A stretch of DNA of 64,000 nt from Epithemia pelagica (Eukaryota > Protista > Bacillariophyta). Positions 10,758 through 20,321 of the stretch are shown here, in pieces. The position numbers were made by a program, and so were the translations under genes. The notes beneath the pieces are model-generated. The model saw nothing but the letters and a program-made list of their open reading frames with translations. It ran no database searches and was not told where the DNA came from. Position 1 is the first letter of the stretch; each line of letters starts with the position of its first letter. Location: NCBI GenBank assembly GCA_946965045.2, contig OX337233.1:2914001-2978000 (forward strand), written 5' to 3'.

Positions 10758-12915
10758 TCAGTTGTGGCGAGTGAGCGCATCGGGATGAAGGCGAAACCCA
10801 AAAATACGCGGTTCCTGTGGTGGATCAGGACGCCGTACGGGAATGCTACTTAGGGAAAAAGACCTCAAAAACCCTGGAAAAGTGATATGGAACAGTGGGC
10901 CCAAGGTGAGTCCCCATGCGCAGTCCTGAATACATTGGTCCAACGACCATAATGTTTTGTCAACACTGCTGTTCGTCCTGCTGGTGGCGTCGGTACAATC
11001 ACTGTTCCAGTGATGAACCCAATACTTGTGGCATAGTCCGCAATACCGTAAGGACTGACGAGGAGATTGTAGTACTGAGCCATTTTCCTCCAAGTGGTAA
11101 TCGTCCAGGCCAGCTGGTAAAAGGGGCATTCCATGGCAAGTTGGATTAGGGCATCGTCCAAACAGAGGATTCATCGTGGACTCCACAGAGTTTGGAACCT
11201 CATCATTCTCATGGAGAGGGTGGCTTCCTTTGCCGTTTGCGCTGACATGGTTGTTGTTCTCGTTGTTATTGGCATGTAAGAGGAATCGGCGTCGGAGAGC
11301 CTCTAATCCGCGAGGAGAAACAACATAGCGTTGATGAACAAAACAATATAGCACAACTGCGGCCATTTCCACATGCGTGCTGTCCAAGGAACCATGGTTG
11401 GGCAAATTGCCGTCAGCTTCGTCGTGTCCATTCAAATAGTCTTCTTGTTGGGATGTGATGAGCTGCAGCGCCTTCCGATAGAGAGGGAATGATGGCTGTT
11501 GAGGTGGTGGATTCGGTTGCCCAAGAAAGCGATTGCCGCTCACGATATTTGACTGCTCCGTTTTGTAACGTGCGGATTCCGACGCTACAGATGGTCGGTT
11601 CCTCAACGCCGCGGAAGGAGGAGGCAGGGTTCCACTCATTCGATAGACGAGTCGTTCTACAATGGGAGCCAAATGAGACAAATTGAAAGGATCCGTCCAG
11701 AAGTCCAATGGTACCAACATGAGTCGTTCTTCCTTGGCAGCGCGACAGGCGAGTAATTTTCGAACCCACGGGCCAGCCACGGGAGTGGTTGTTCGACTAG
11801 TCGAACTTAAAGACATGGCAGGAGCACTGCGCTTGGATAGGTCGTGCATGGAATGTTGCTCGGACACATCTGGAAAAGTGTTGGCGTGCAGATGTTGTTC
11901 GGGTAAGGTAGGAGCCTGTGATCCCTTCGAAGAACCCGATTTCGAAAACGACTCAGACAAAGGGTGTGACGGTTTCACACGAGGAGACTGCGATGACGTT
12001 ACTATCTCTTCTTCTGTCGTTTTGGTTGTTGCAGATGAACGAGAGGAACCAGGCGTGTCCCGAGAAGAAGTATGGATAGAGTATCGTTGAAACCTATACT
12101 CCTTTGGAATTGGAATCCAATCGATGGAAACCTTCACCCGTTGACGGGTTCCATGGCGAAGGTGTCGTGCTTCTAGACGAGAGCTATCATGTTCGAGCTT
12201 TTGTTTACGACTTTCCATATCCGTTCTTTTGGTACGTTGGTCCAAATTTGACAGCTTGTCTTTCTGTCCATCACCTTTGGTGTTTCGATCTAGAGCGCTA
12301 GGGATCACGTCGGGCGACTTCGTCTGCGTTGGACGCCGGTCCAAAGACGTTTGTCGCTCGTGATTCACATGTTTGCGAAACTCTCTTGAAGATGATGATG
12401 ATGAAGAAGAAGAAAACTTTGGTCGAACCCCTTGCGTTGGAGGTTTCAAGCGTCGCATGCTCCGTCCACTCCCAGGAACAGACACATGACGCGGTTTGTA
12501 GCGCGGTGTCAAGGTATCTTCCTCATCGTCGCTGCTGTCTGTGTGGCTGAACAGGGCCGCCACAATACGTTCTTCTTCTTCTTTTTCATGGTCCGAGACA
12601 AACCAACTATTCGTCTCATCTTCTTCATACGACAAGGAAGATAGGATTGGGTCGTCGGAAGACCAAATGGAACGATATTCATCATCCAGTTCATCGTCTT
12701 CTCCATCTTCCATTTTACTATCCTCCGGAGCCGTATCGAAACTAGAGTACTCATTGAAATGTCGTTCATTCTCGTCATCTGAAAAGGTCGCAGCGACATG
12801 ATGAGATCGTCCTTGTCGTTTTGGACTGTGTGGCTTGGCGTCCGCCAAAATCGAACATAGCCACATCAGCCAGCTGAATCGTAGCACTACCACTGATACC
12901 AAATAGCCTTTCATG
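10758..12915 (-). CDS. Casein kinase II regulatory (beta) subunit-like protein with a long N-terminal extension
   Basis: The C-terminal ~330 aa show CK2-beta hallmarks in order: WV..L, VP.DF..D.FNL..L, Y.KAL.LI, A..LY..VHQRY..SPRGL, FGRCP...C....LLP.G, YC..C, PRIFGFRLH. First ATG at 12915; the ORF track starts at an upstream GTG (12959). Confidence 0.75.
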
Positions 12916-13728
12916 GTCCGCAAAAGTCCAAGGAGGAGAATGCTATTAGTGTGGACCACCCGTTGGTACGCGGTCGATCAATAATGGATGGTGTTGTCAC
13001 TGCTGAGTGATGGCTATCATCTCGTTCTTAACGGCCACCACTTCTCTTCCACAACAGAACAACAACAAACAAGGTTCTATGTTGCGAGAAGTGGTGCAGT
13101 CCCCGTCACTGCCTTGCCAGTTGCCATGGTGGCCGAGACTTTGGGAGTTGTGGGTTGATGTGTGTGGCTCTATTGGCTATGTTTCGTGACAGTTGACAAT
13201 CTATTTCATTCCTGTGTACGTGGCGGTGGACAGACGATCCGGCTTTGGTCACGAGTCACGAGTCACGACTAATCGTTCCCTTCCACTTACGTGACTGGAA
13301 AGCGGAGGGAATCATTCATGATAGTGGTGTACGAGTCATTGTACAGTCAGTGTAGCTGTGACTGAAACTTGTGCAAAGTCTCCCCCAGCTCCACGCGCGA
13401 ACAGCTCTGTCGCTCGCTGGATTCTTCTCGTGGTTGCTCCGAAGTCGGCAACACCTTTGCAAACAGAGGAAACAAGAACCAAGAACGACAGTGTGGCGGT
13501 AATGATATGAATCGCTAGCACTTGTCTTCCAACACATTCGTGATATCGCGGGTCTTTTGTCTTGGAGAGACCCTCGCGACTTGTGTGGTTTCCCAAATCT
13601 TTTTGTGCTCATAAATTGCTTCCTGGTCCAAAGTGTAACGCTCCACTTTGCCCACACAGACGACGTCCTTTCGTTCCTACAGGACTTTGTATCGCAAGGA
13701 AGGACATCAACAAACTATACCGACTACC

Positions 13729-14733
13729 ATGGTTGGGACGAGCATGCGTTCTTCCAACACGCAGGTTACCACCATTGTGGATCAAAACGAGTTTGAGAAA
13801 CAGCAAACCACCGAAGTGACTGAACTCTCCAAGCAAATTCTTACCTTGGCGAGCTCTTCTCACCATGGACCACAAGATGGGACACGGCAGAAAAAGAAGC
13901 ACCGAACAAAATCCACCGCCCACAGCCGCAAAACACGACGGACTGCCCAACCGGCAAACAAGGAAGATGTGGTTGCCGCCAAGCAGTCGATGCATCAGAG
14001 GGCGAGTGGAAACAGTGACACCAGTCCATCCCGTTTAAACAGCAACAACGCCGGATCCCTACGCAGCCAATCGAACGAAACACCGAACGCAGAAGTCGAA
14101 CAAGAGCAGGAGGCTTTCGAAACTGAACCACAAGGGGGACTGGAACAGGAAACAACAACAAGTGCGGAGGAACATCAAGGCACTACTGATTCGGCTCTTA
14201 TTACTGCCACCATTGCCGAATCGGATGAACAAGTGGAAGAACGAGTACGGCAACAAATTTTAAGCCAAGCTGTTCAAGCAGAGGTTCTCGTTGTGCATCG
14301 TGTGGAATCGTCTGGCACAGTGTGTGAAACAACAGATGTGGAAAAAGGACGGGTGAAGGACAAGGACGGCTCATCGGTGCTGCATTCCTCCTCCAAGGAC
14401 AAGACAAAAATTACAGAGACGGCACAGAAAAATCGCTTTCGACTCATGTCTCTGTTACTTCTTGTGGCCCTTGGTGTCGTGGGAGGTGTCTTGGTTGGAG
14501 TGGTATTGGGACTTGATCGTGGGTCCAATGACGAGGACAACAACAACAACACTTTGTCAGCATCTCGTCCTCCTCCGCCAAGTGACACTCGTAAGGGCGA
14601 TGAGGGTAAACCCAAATCCAACGACGATAGAGGCGATGGGGGTAAACCCAAATCCAACGACGATAGAGATGATAGGAAACCTCCCAAGCAGCAGCCTCGC
14701 CAACAACCACCACCACCACCACCTCCAAACTGA
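13729..14733 (+). CDS. Hypothetical single-pass membrane protein with a Pro-rich C-terminus
   Basis: Long ORF (first ATG 13729), low-complexity N-terminus, one TM segment (LMSLLLLVALGVVGGVLVGVVLGL), C-terminal poly-Pro. Confidence 0.6.
   Translation: MVGTSMRSSNTQVTTIVDQNEFEKQQTTEVTELSKQILTLASSSHHGPQDGTRQKKKHRTKSTAHSRKTRRTAQPANKEDVVAAKQSMHQRASGNSDTSPSRLNSNNAGSLRSQSNETPNAEVEQEQEAFETEPQGGLEQETTTSAEEHQGTTDSALITATIAESDEQVEERVRQQILSQAVQAEVLVVHRVESSGTVCETTDVEKGRVKDKDGSSVLHSSSKDKTKITETAQKNRFRLMSLLLLVALGVVGGVLVGVVLGLDRGSNDEDNNNNTLSASRPPPPSDTRKGDEGKPKSNDDRGDGGKPKSNDDRDDRKPPKQQPRQQPPPPPPPN
14596..14667 (+). repeat. 36-bp in-frame tandem duplication (GD(E/G)GKPKSNDDR x2)
   Basis: Copies start at 14596 and 14632, with one substitution. 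Confidence 0.85.
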
Positions 14734-14928
14734 GCGAACCAGACTACCAACAACGCACCACTGTGCTTCTCAAATCAAACTATAATAGAACATTCATTGA
14801 AATTCTTGTAGCTAGTTTCAAGTCCCACGAGGCCGTGCAACAACTTTGCTCTCGAACGAGCACCCAACTCATGGTAGAAATGGTGGTCCTTCATTCACTG
14901 CACCTCCTGCAGTTGTCTAGAATCACTC

Positions 14929-15567
14929 TTAACCTTCCTTCTCGACACATTCTCCCTCACTGACTGGACCCTTTAGTTTCGTGGCAAGCTCTTTCAAGGC
15001 AACAAGCTGCTCCACAATTCTGTCTTGTGCCTGTTGACTGGTCAGTTCTTTTGTTTCCTTGTCAAAGGTTCCATCAAATGCATTGAACATGACCTCGGGC
15101 TTGTTCAAGACAAAGAGATCGAGAAATACGGCCACTTGACGCAAATGGTACTGCGCTCTGCTTCCCTTCATGCCTCCACCTGCACTCAATATAGCGGCGG
15201 CCTTGCCCTTGAAGCCAAAATTTTTGGGGAGTCTCGAACCCCAATCCAATGCATTCTTGAGAGCGGGAGCAATGGAATAATTGTACTCGGGCGAAGCAAA
15301 CACAAAGGCATCGGCCTTGGTCATTTGGTCCAGCAACTTGATGACCGATTCCGGCTTGTCGTCTTCTGTATCGGTGTTGAGAAATGGAATTTGGGACAAA
15401 TCGGCAATGTCAAACTCCATGCCATGGTTGGGAGCTTGCGAGGCCATGTATTTCAAGGCGGACATGTTGGTCGACGACTGCCGTAAGCTGCCACAGATTC
15501 CCAGCACTTTCATGATTGGAGTAGACATTTTCATCTTCTTGTTGTCGTGATTATGAGTGGATTCCAT
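14929..15567 (-). CDS. NADPH-dependent FMN reductase / quinone reductase (flavodoxin-like)
   Basis: Motifs GICGSLRQSSTN, PEYNYSIAPALKNALDWGSR and KAAAILSAGG. First ATG at 15567. Confidence 0.92.
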   Translation of the reverse strand: MESTHNHDNKKMKMSTPIMKVLGICGSLRQSSTNMSALKYMASQAPNHGMEFDIADLSQIPFLNTDTEDDKPESVIKLLDQMTKADAFVFASPEYNYSIAPALKNALDWGSRLPKNFGFKGKAAAILSAGGGMKGSRAQYHLRQVAVFLDLFVLNKPEVMFNAFDGTFDKETKELTSQQAQDRIVEQLVALKELATKLKGPVSEGECVEKEG

Positions 15568-16565
15568 TGGAGTTGGAGTTGTGGGTTGTTGTGGATGGCT
15601 GGTTTGGATCAATCTCCTTCGACTTCCGACGGCCACGACGTGTGTGTGCTTGTTCTCTCGAAGATTCGATCGAATTCTCACCACCTTCATCCATCTCGTA
15701 ACGCTGTTAGGTCACACTAAACACGCACTTCTCCAATTGTCTATCTACCCCAGCAATAACTACCTCTTCTCCTCTAGTGTTGCCGTTTGCCATAGGGAGC
15801 GACCGTGTCCATTGTCCATAGTCCAAAGTCCAAATCCAAACGGCTCCAACACCATCCGTGTATCTGCGTAACACAAAAGAGTGGCCCCTATACTTTCTAT
15901 CGTCTCTACTTTTGAGCATCCAGCAACACGAGTAAAACAGACTTTCTACATGAAAATCCCACCTGCTGTCTCCAGTTCCAGGTTCCAGTGCGAATTGATA
16001 AGGTTAACTATGTTGTACTGAGGCAATGACATTGACAATAGTCGATGAACACTACTCCATCCCTAGTCTACTCCTAGGAGTATATCATATCTCTTCAAGC
16101 ATCTACTCCTACTTTATGCCAAGATAGCTAGAGGTAGTAATGCGGAAGTTGGGTGGGGCGATGAACATGAGAAAGACCCTCGGACTTTCTTCCCAATTTC
16201 TTGTACTTGCATTGCAGCGACTGAATCTACTATAATGAATTTTGTACCATACCGAATGAAATAGTAGGTATTGTGGTGCGCCACGCATATGTCCCTGACA
16301 TTTTCCATGTCCTATTCAATGTCCTATCCTCTACAAAGTACTATCCTTTGACTGTTGTACAGTTTATGCCCATAGTCCGTGCGACCAATCGCCACGAGCC
16401 ACGAGCCACCCACACTTGCCGTTCGGGTTTCGGCATGGTTGGTTTTCGGATTGCGCGGCGTCCCTCCTTCTTTGTGGCACAAATAATTGGACGCGCCCAT
16501 AATTATCCGGGTGTAATACTCGAAAACATTCCCATTCTGGAGTTTTTCATCGTTTGGATGCGACC

Positions 16566-18005
16566 ATGGAGGCGTCATCCCTAACAAATCATGCTAGTAA
16601 TAGCAATGTCGCGCTTCACCACTTTGCTGCTCCCGAACGGTCACTGGGCGAGGCGACCGATGGGGCAGACGGAAACTCTTCCTCTTCCCAAGCAGCGAGC
16701 CAGATCGGTATCAGTAACCCTCCTTTAAATCCAATGGCATTGAATGGCATTCCTCCTCCCAACCTATCACCAGCTATTGTGGAACCCGCCCTGTCGACAC
16801 TGCTACCAACGCTACCCACTCAGTCCCAATGCTCATTATTAAATGTTCCATCGTCCTTGGTTGCAATGTCACAGTTACTCTCGCAGCAGCAACAACAACA
16901 AACCAATGGCATTCAAATGTCTCCCGAAGAGCAAGCTGCCGCTTTGGCCTTGTCTCTGGGCGCAAATCCCAATCCACAACTTCACAATTTGATTCCTGCA
17001 CACTTACAATCCTTGTCACTGGCGCAATCGCTGAATGGCACGCCCGGTTATCCATCGGCACTTATTCCTCCACCGCAACAACCACCACCACATGCTCTGG
17101 GCACTTTGGGGGCCGCATCCTTGAATCCCCTTCTTCCCGTTGCTGCAGCAGCATCTGGTCTGGCACTCCCCACGAGCATTCCTCTGACCGTACAAGATCG
17201 ACCCATGTCGCTTCCGGTATACAATGGGGTCAATCCCAATTATCCTGGCTTGCGCGTCCTCAACAACAGTCCACCCATGTTTTGTGTGGAAAACTTTTTG
17301 ACGCCCTTTGAATGCAGCTTTTTGATACAAGTGGCGCAAGACTCGTTTGGACCGGCTCCAGTCGTGGGCAAGGGAGCCGGCGAAGTGAGTCCCAGTCGGA
17401 CCAGCAGTACCTGTTATTTGGCACGAGAAGATGTCCCCGATATGATGCGCAAAATATCCTTGCTCACCGGCAAACCGATGGAACACTGTGAATTGCCACA
17501 AGTAGGTCGGTACTTTCCAACCCAACAGTATTTGCAGCATTTTGATGCCTTTGATTTGTCTACCGAAGATGGTTGTCGCTTTGCCTCCAATGGTGGACAA
17601 CGGACCATTACAGTCTTGATTTATCTCAACTCGGTCATGCGTGGTGGTGCGACACGATTTCCAGCTCTCAATATGGAAGTGCAACCCCGTCAAGGCATGG
17701 CCTTGGTGTTTTTTCCAGCCACGGTCGATGGTCTGTTGGACAAAATGGCGCTCCATGCGGCTCTGCCCGCCATTGATACCAAATATGTCAGTCAATGTTG
17801 GATTCGGCAGTCGACCTACAATGGACAACCTAGCAAACGATTGCCCGCCACCTTGGGCAAACCCTTTCATCATTTGCCGGAACCACCCAAAACCGCCTTG
17901 GTACAACCACCACCACCACCACCACTTCTTCCCCTTGCGGCTCCCTTTGGTGGCGACGCGGCAACGGCCTTGAATCATCTCCAACCACCACGATCCTCCT
18001 TTTAA
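16566..18005 (+). CDS. Prolyl-4-hydroxylase-like 2OG-Fe(II) dioxygenase with a Q/P-rich N-terminus
   Basis: Fe ligands HFD and ALH, GGQRTITVLIYLN, GGATRFP, and 2OG-binding K in KYVSQCWIR. First in-frame ATG at 16566. No signal peptide is apparent. Confidence 0.9.
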   Translation: MEASSLTNHASNSNVALHHFAAPERSLGEATDGADGNSSSSQAASQIGISNPPLNPMALNGIPPPNLSPAIVEPALSTLLPTLPTQSQCSLLNVPSSLVAMSQLLSQQQQQQTNGIQMSPEEQAAALALSLGANPNPQLHNLIPAHLQSLSLAQSLNGTPGYPSALIPPPQQPPPHALGTLGAASLNPLLPVAAAASGLALPTSIPLTVQDRPMSLPVYNGVNPNYPGLRVLNNSPPMFCVENFLTPFECSFLIQVAQDSFGPAPVVGKGAGEVSPSRTSSTCYLAREDVPDMMRKISLLTGKPMEHCELPQVGRYFPTQQYLQHFDAFDLSTEDGCRFASNGGQRTITVLIYLNSVMRGGATRFPALNMEVQPRQGMALVFFPATVDGLLDKMALHAALPAIDTKYVSQCWIRQSTYNGQPSKRLPATLGKPFHHLPEPPKTALVQPPPPPPLLPLAAPFGGDAATALNHLQPPRSSF

Positions 18006-18430
18006 CCGAGAGTGGCACACTACAGACTTGGAATCTGACAAAGGGAGGAGGAGGAGGATGACGATCCGTTTGGGTTATCATGGTCGCTGGAAACAACACC
18101 AGACGTGTTGCATCTGGGTTTCACAGCGACTCTTGGATTGGATCCATCCCTCCCTCTCTATATACCAATAGCGTTTCGTTCATACCGCGGAGTTCTTCTA
18201 GTCATACGATTCCAGGTGAACATATTCTCTTTTTTGTAAATGCAGACTCTCCGAACTTTGTATTCCTAGGAGTAGCTAAGAGTAGGTTTCCTTTAGATTG
18301 TCCATGGTAGACTTTTTCATCGTTTTGTGTGACTGGCACGCATAGTTTTCGCGACCAAATTTTAGTATCTTTCGAACCTTTTCGAACTTTTCGAACACAA
18401 GTCAAAAGTATCTTCTATTGAGGACGAAAG

Positions 18431-19967
18431 ATGTCAATGTTATTGTCCCTGGACCACCTGGAGCTGAGTTCCTCATGGTGGTGGCCTATGGCATGTGTCG
18501 TAACTCTAGTGACGTCTCTGGTGTCGGCCTATTGGATTTTTCGGTCCAGTGTTCGTGACTTTCCACACCACCGAGACACTCTAGTGCCAACCACCTTGAC
18601 CCACCTCCATGAATGGTTGCATCTGCAAGCGATGGATTTGAGTGAACAAGAGATCCCCATTGAATACGGCCAAAAACTCAATGAATTGGGAGTTCCGGTC
18701 GACCGTGTCTTTATTGCCGCTGTAGTACTTCACCCCCAAACCTATGCCAAAATTTGCAAATGGGAACGAGACAACCAAGCACAACCAGTCCTGTGGAATT
18801 CCTTTACTCGAGCGGAAATGGTGGCATGGTTTGAAGAACGAGGTACGTAGGAATGGAAGTGGACGATTGTTTGCGGCAGAGTGGGTGGAGAGAGTAACTC
18901 ACTCGATAAGTCGCGCACATACATACGCAACAAACGATAATGACATTTGGGATTTTATTACATTAGACGGAGACGAGCCAATGGCACGACTGTATCATGG
19001 TGCCTCGTCCTTGCGCATCCAAGTGACCGATTCCGATTTACCCCAAGACTGTGAATGGATGAAACGCGATGGGTATACCGAAATGTATGGCCTTCCCTTT
19101 CATCGCAAGGTGACCAAGAGACTGGATCTTTTGGACGATATGCAAGGGGGCTTTACCTGGACCACGAAACGACCCGGAGGCTTTACCGACGAGCACCGAG
19201 CTATTCTGGATGGCCATAGTATTGACTTGACCACCATTATGAGATATCGCATTAGCAAACTCAATTGCGAATCGCTGTTACAGGCCTATCTCGGCCATGA
19301 TGCTGGCTCCCGAGTATGCTCGGGAGATATTTGTCGAGGAGAGGGATTGGTCATTCGAAGTGTCGTGTGGTTTAGTGATATTCGAGGATTTACTCACATG
19401 TCGTGTCATTCTTCACGACGACAAGTCATTGACGTTATCAATGGTGTCTTTGAGGCGACCCATGCCAGTGTCCAGGCACAGGGAGGTCAAATTCTCAAAT
19501 TTATGGGGGATGGGATCATGGCCATTTTCTCGGATTCCAGTCATGGATTCCAACGCGATTCCTTGTCCGCCAAGGAACGTGCGGAATTGGACACGTCTCA
19601 TGGAGCGCTGCTGTGTCAACGTGCCCAAAAGGCGGCATGTGATTTGCAGCAGCGCTTGTCCCAGCTCCAACAGGAACGAGAGGCACAGGGATTGCATGGA
19701 GCATCCGTAGGAATTGGGTTACACTATGGTGACGTTTCGTATGGGAATGTGGGAGCGACCGACCGATTGGATTTCACAGTTATTGGTCGAGCGGTCAATT
19801 TGGCAAGTCGCATTGAAGGACTGTGTTCCAAATTACAAGCCCGAGTTTTGGCATCGCAACAATTTGTCGACTTACTTGGAAGCAACAACGTGGCTTGGAA
19901 AAATCGTGGGGAATTTGAACTGAAAGGCATTGGGGATCCTGTTTCTGTGTATGAACTTTGCGACTAA
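18431..19967 (+). CDS. Class III adenylate cyclase with an N-terminal TM anchor and GAF-like region; exons 18431-18842, 18967-19967
   Basis: Motifs WFSDIRGFT, LKFMGDG, GIGLHYGDVSYGNVG and RLDFTVIGRAVNLASRIEGL. K and D at the specificity positions imply ATP use. A proposed GT-AG intron (18843-18966) gives 471 codons; the acceptor choice is my best guess. Confidence 0.85.
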
Positions 19968-20321
19968 TCAGCAGCCCGCCAGGGGCATCCTTGTATGGGA
20001 CTGAAATGACTGACATCCTTGGCTTTGATGTATCCATGGCAGATTGGGGAAATCAGATGGCTAGTTTCTTCTCGAAACTTGGGCATGTCGGGTTTTCTTG
20101 CGTTGCTGATCTCTCATACATACAACGCCTTTGACGCAAAACTAAATCTGCCAGAGGGAGTGGATCCAATGCCAACGAATCGCATTCTTGCATTTGATCA
20201 GGACTTTGATCCCTGGAAAAAGCACCGTCAATTCCAATCCGGAACGCAGAGTTCTGGTGGATGGAACATGTCGATTTCAAAGGGTTGTGATGATATCAGT
20301 TACGCTAATTTATCATCAATT

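Noticed and set aside
17016-18041. 341-aa antisense ORF over the P4H gene
   Set aside because: It lies entirely opposite a gene with clear catalytic motifs and has no recognisable features.
18370-18400. TTTTCGAAC x3 as a heat-shock element
   Set aside because: The spacing does not fit alternating nGAAn units (TTCnnGAA).
18843-18879. 37-nt intron or a frameshift in the cyclase gene
   Set aside because: It is in frame but much shorter than other introns here. The acceptor at 18966 has a better T-rich tract and gives a more compact alignment. Not formally excluded.
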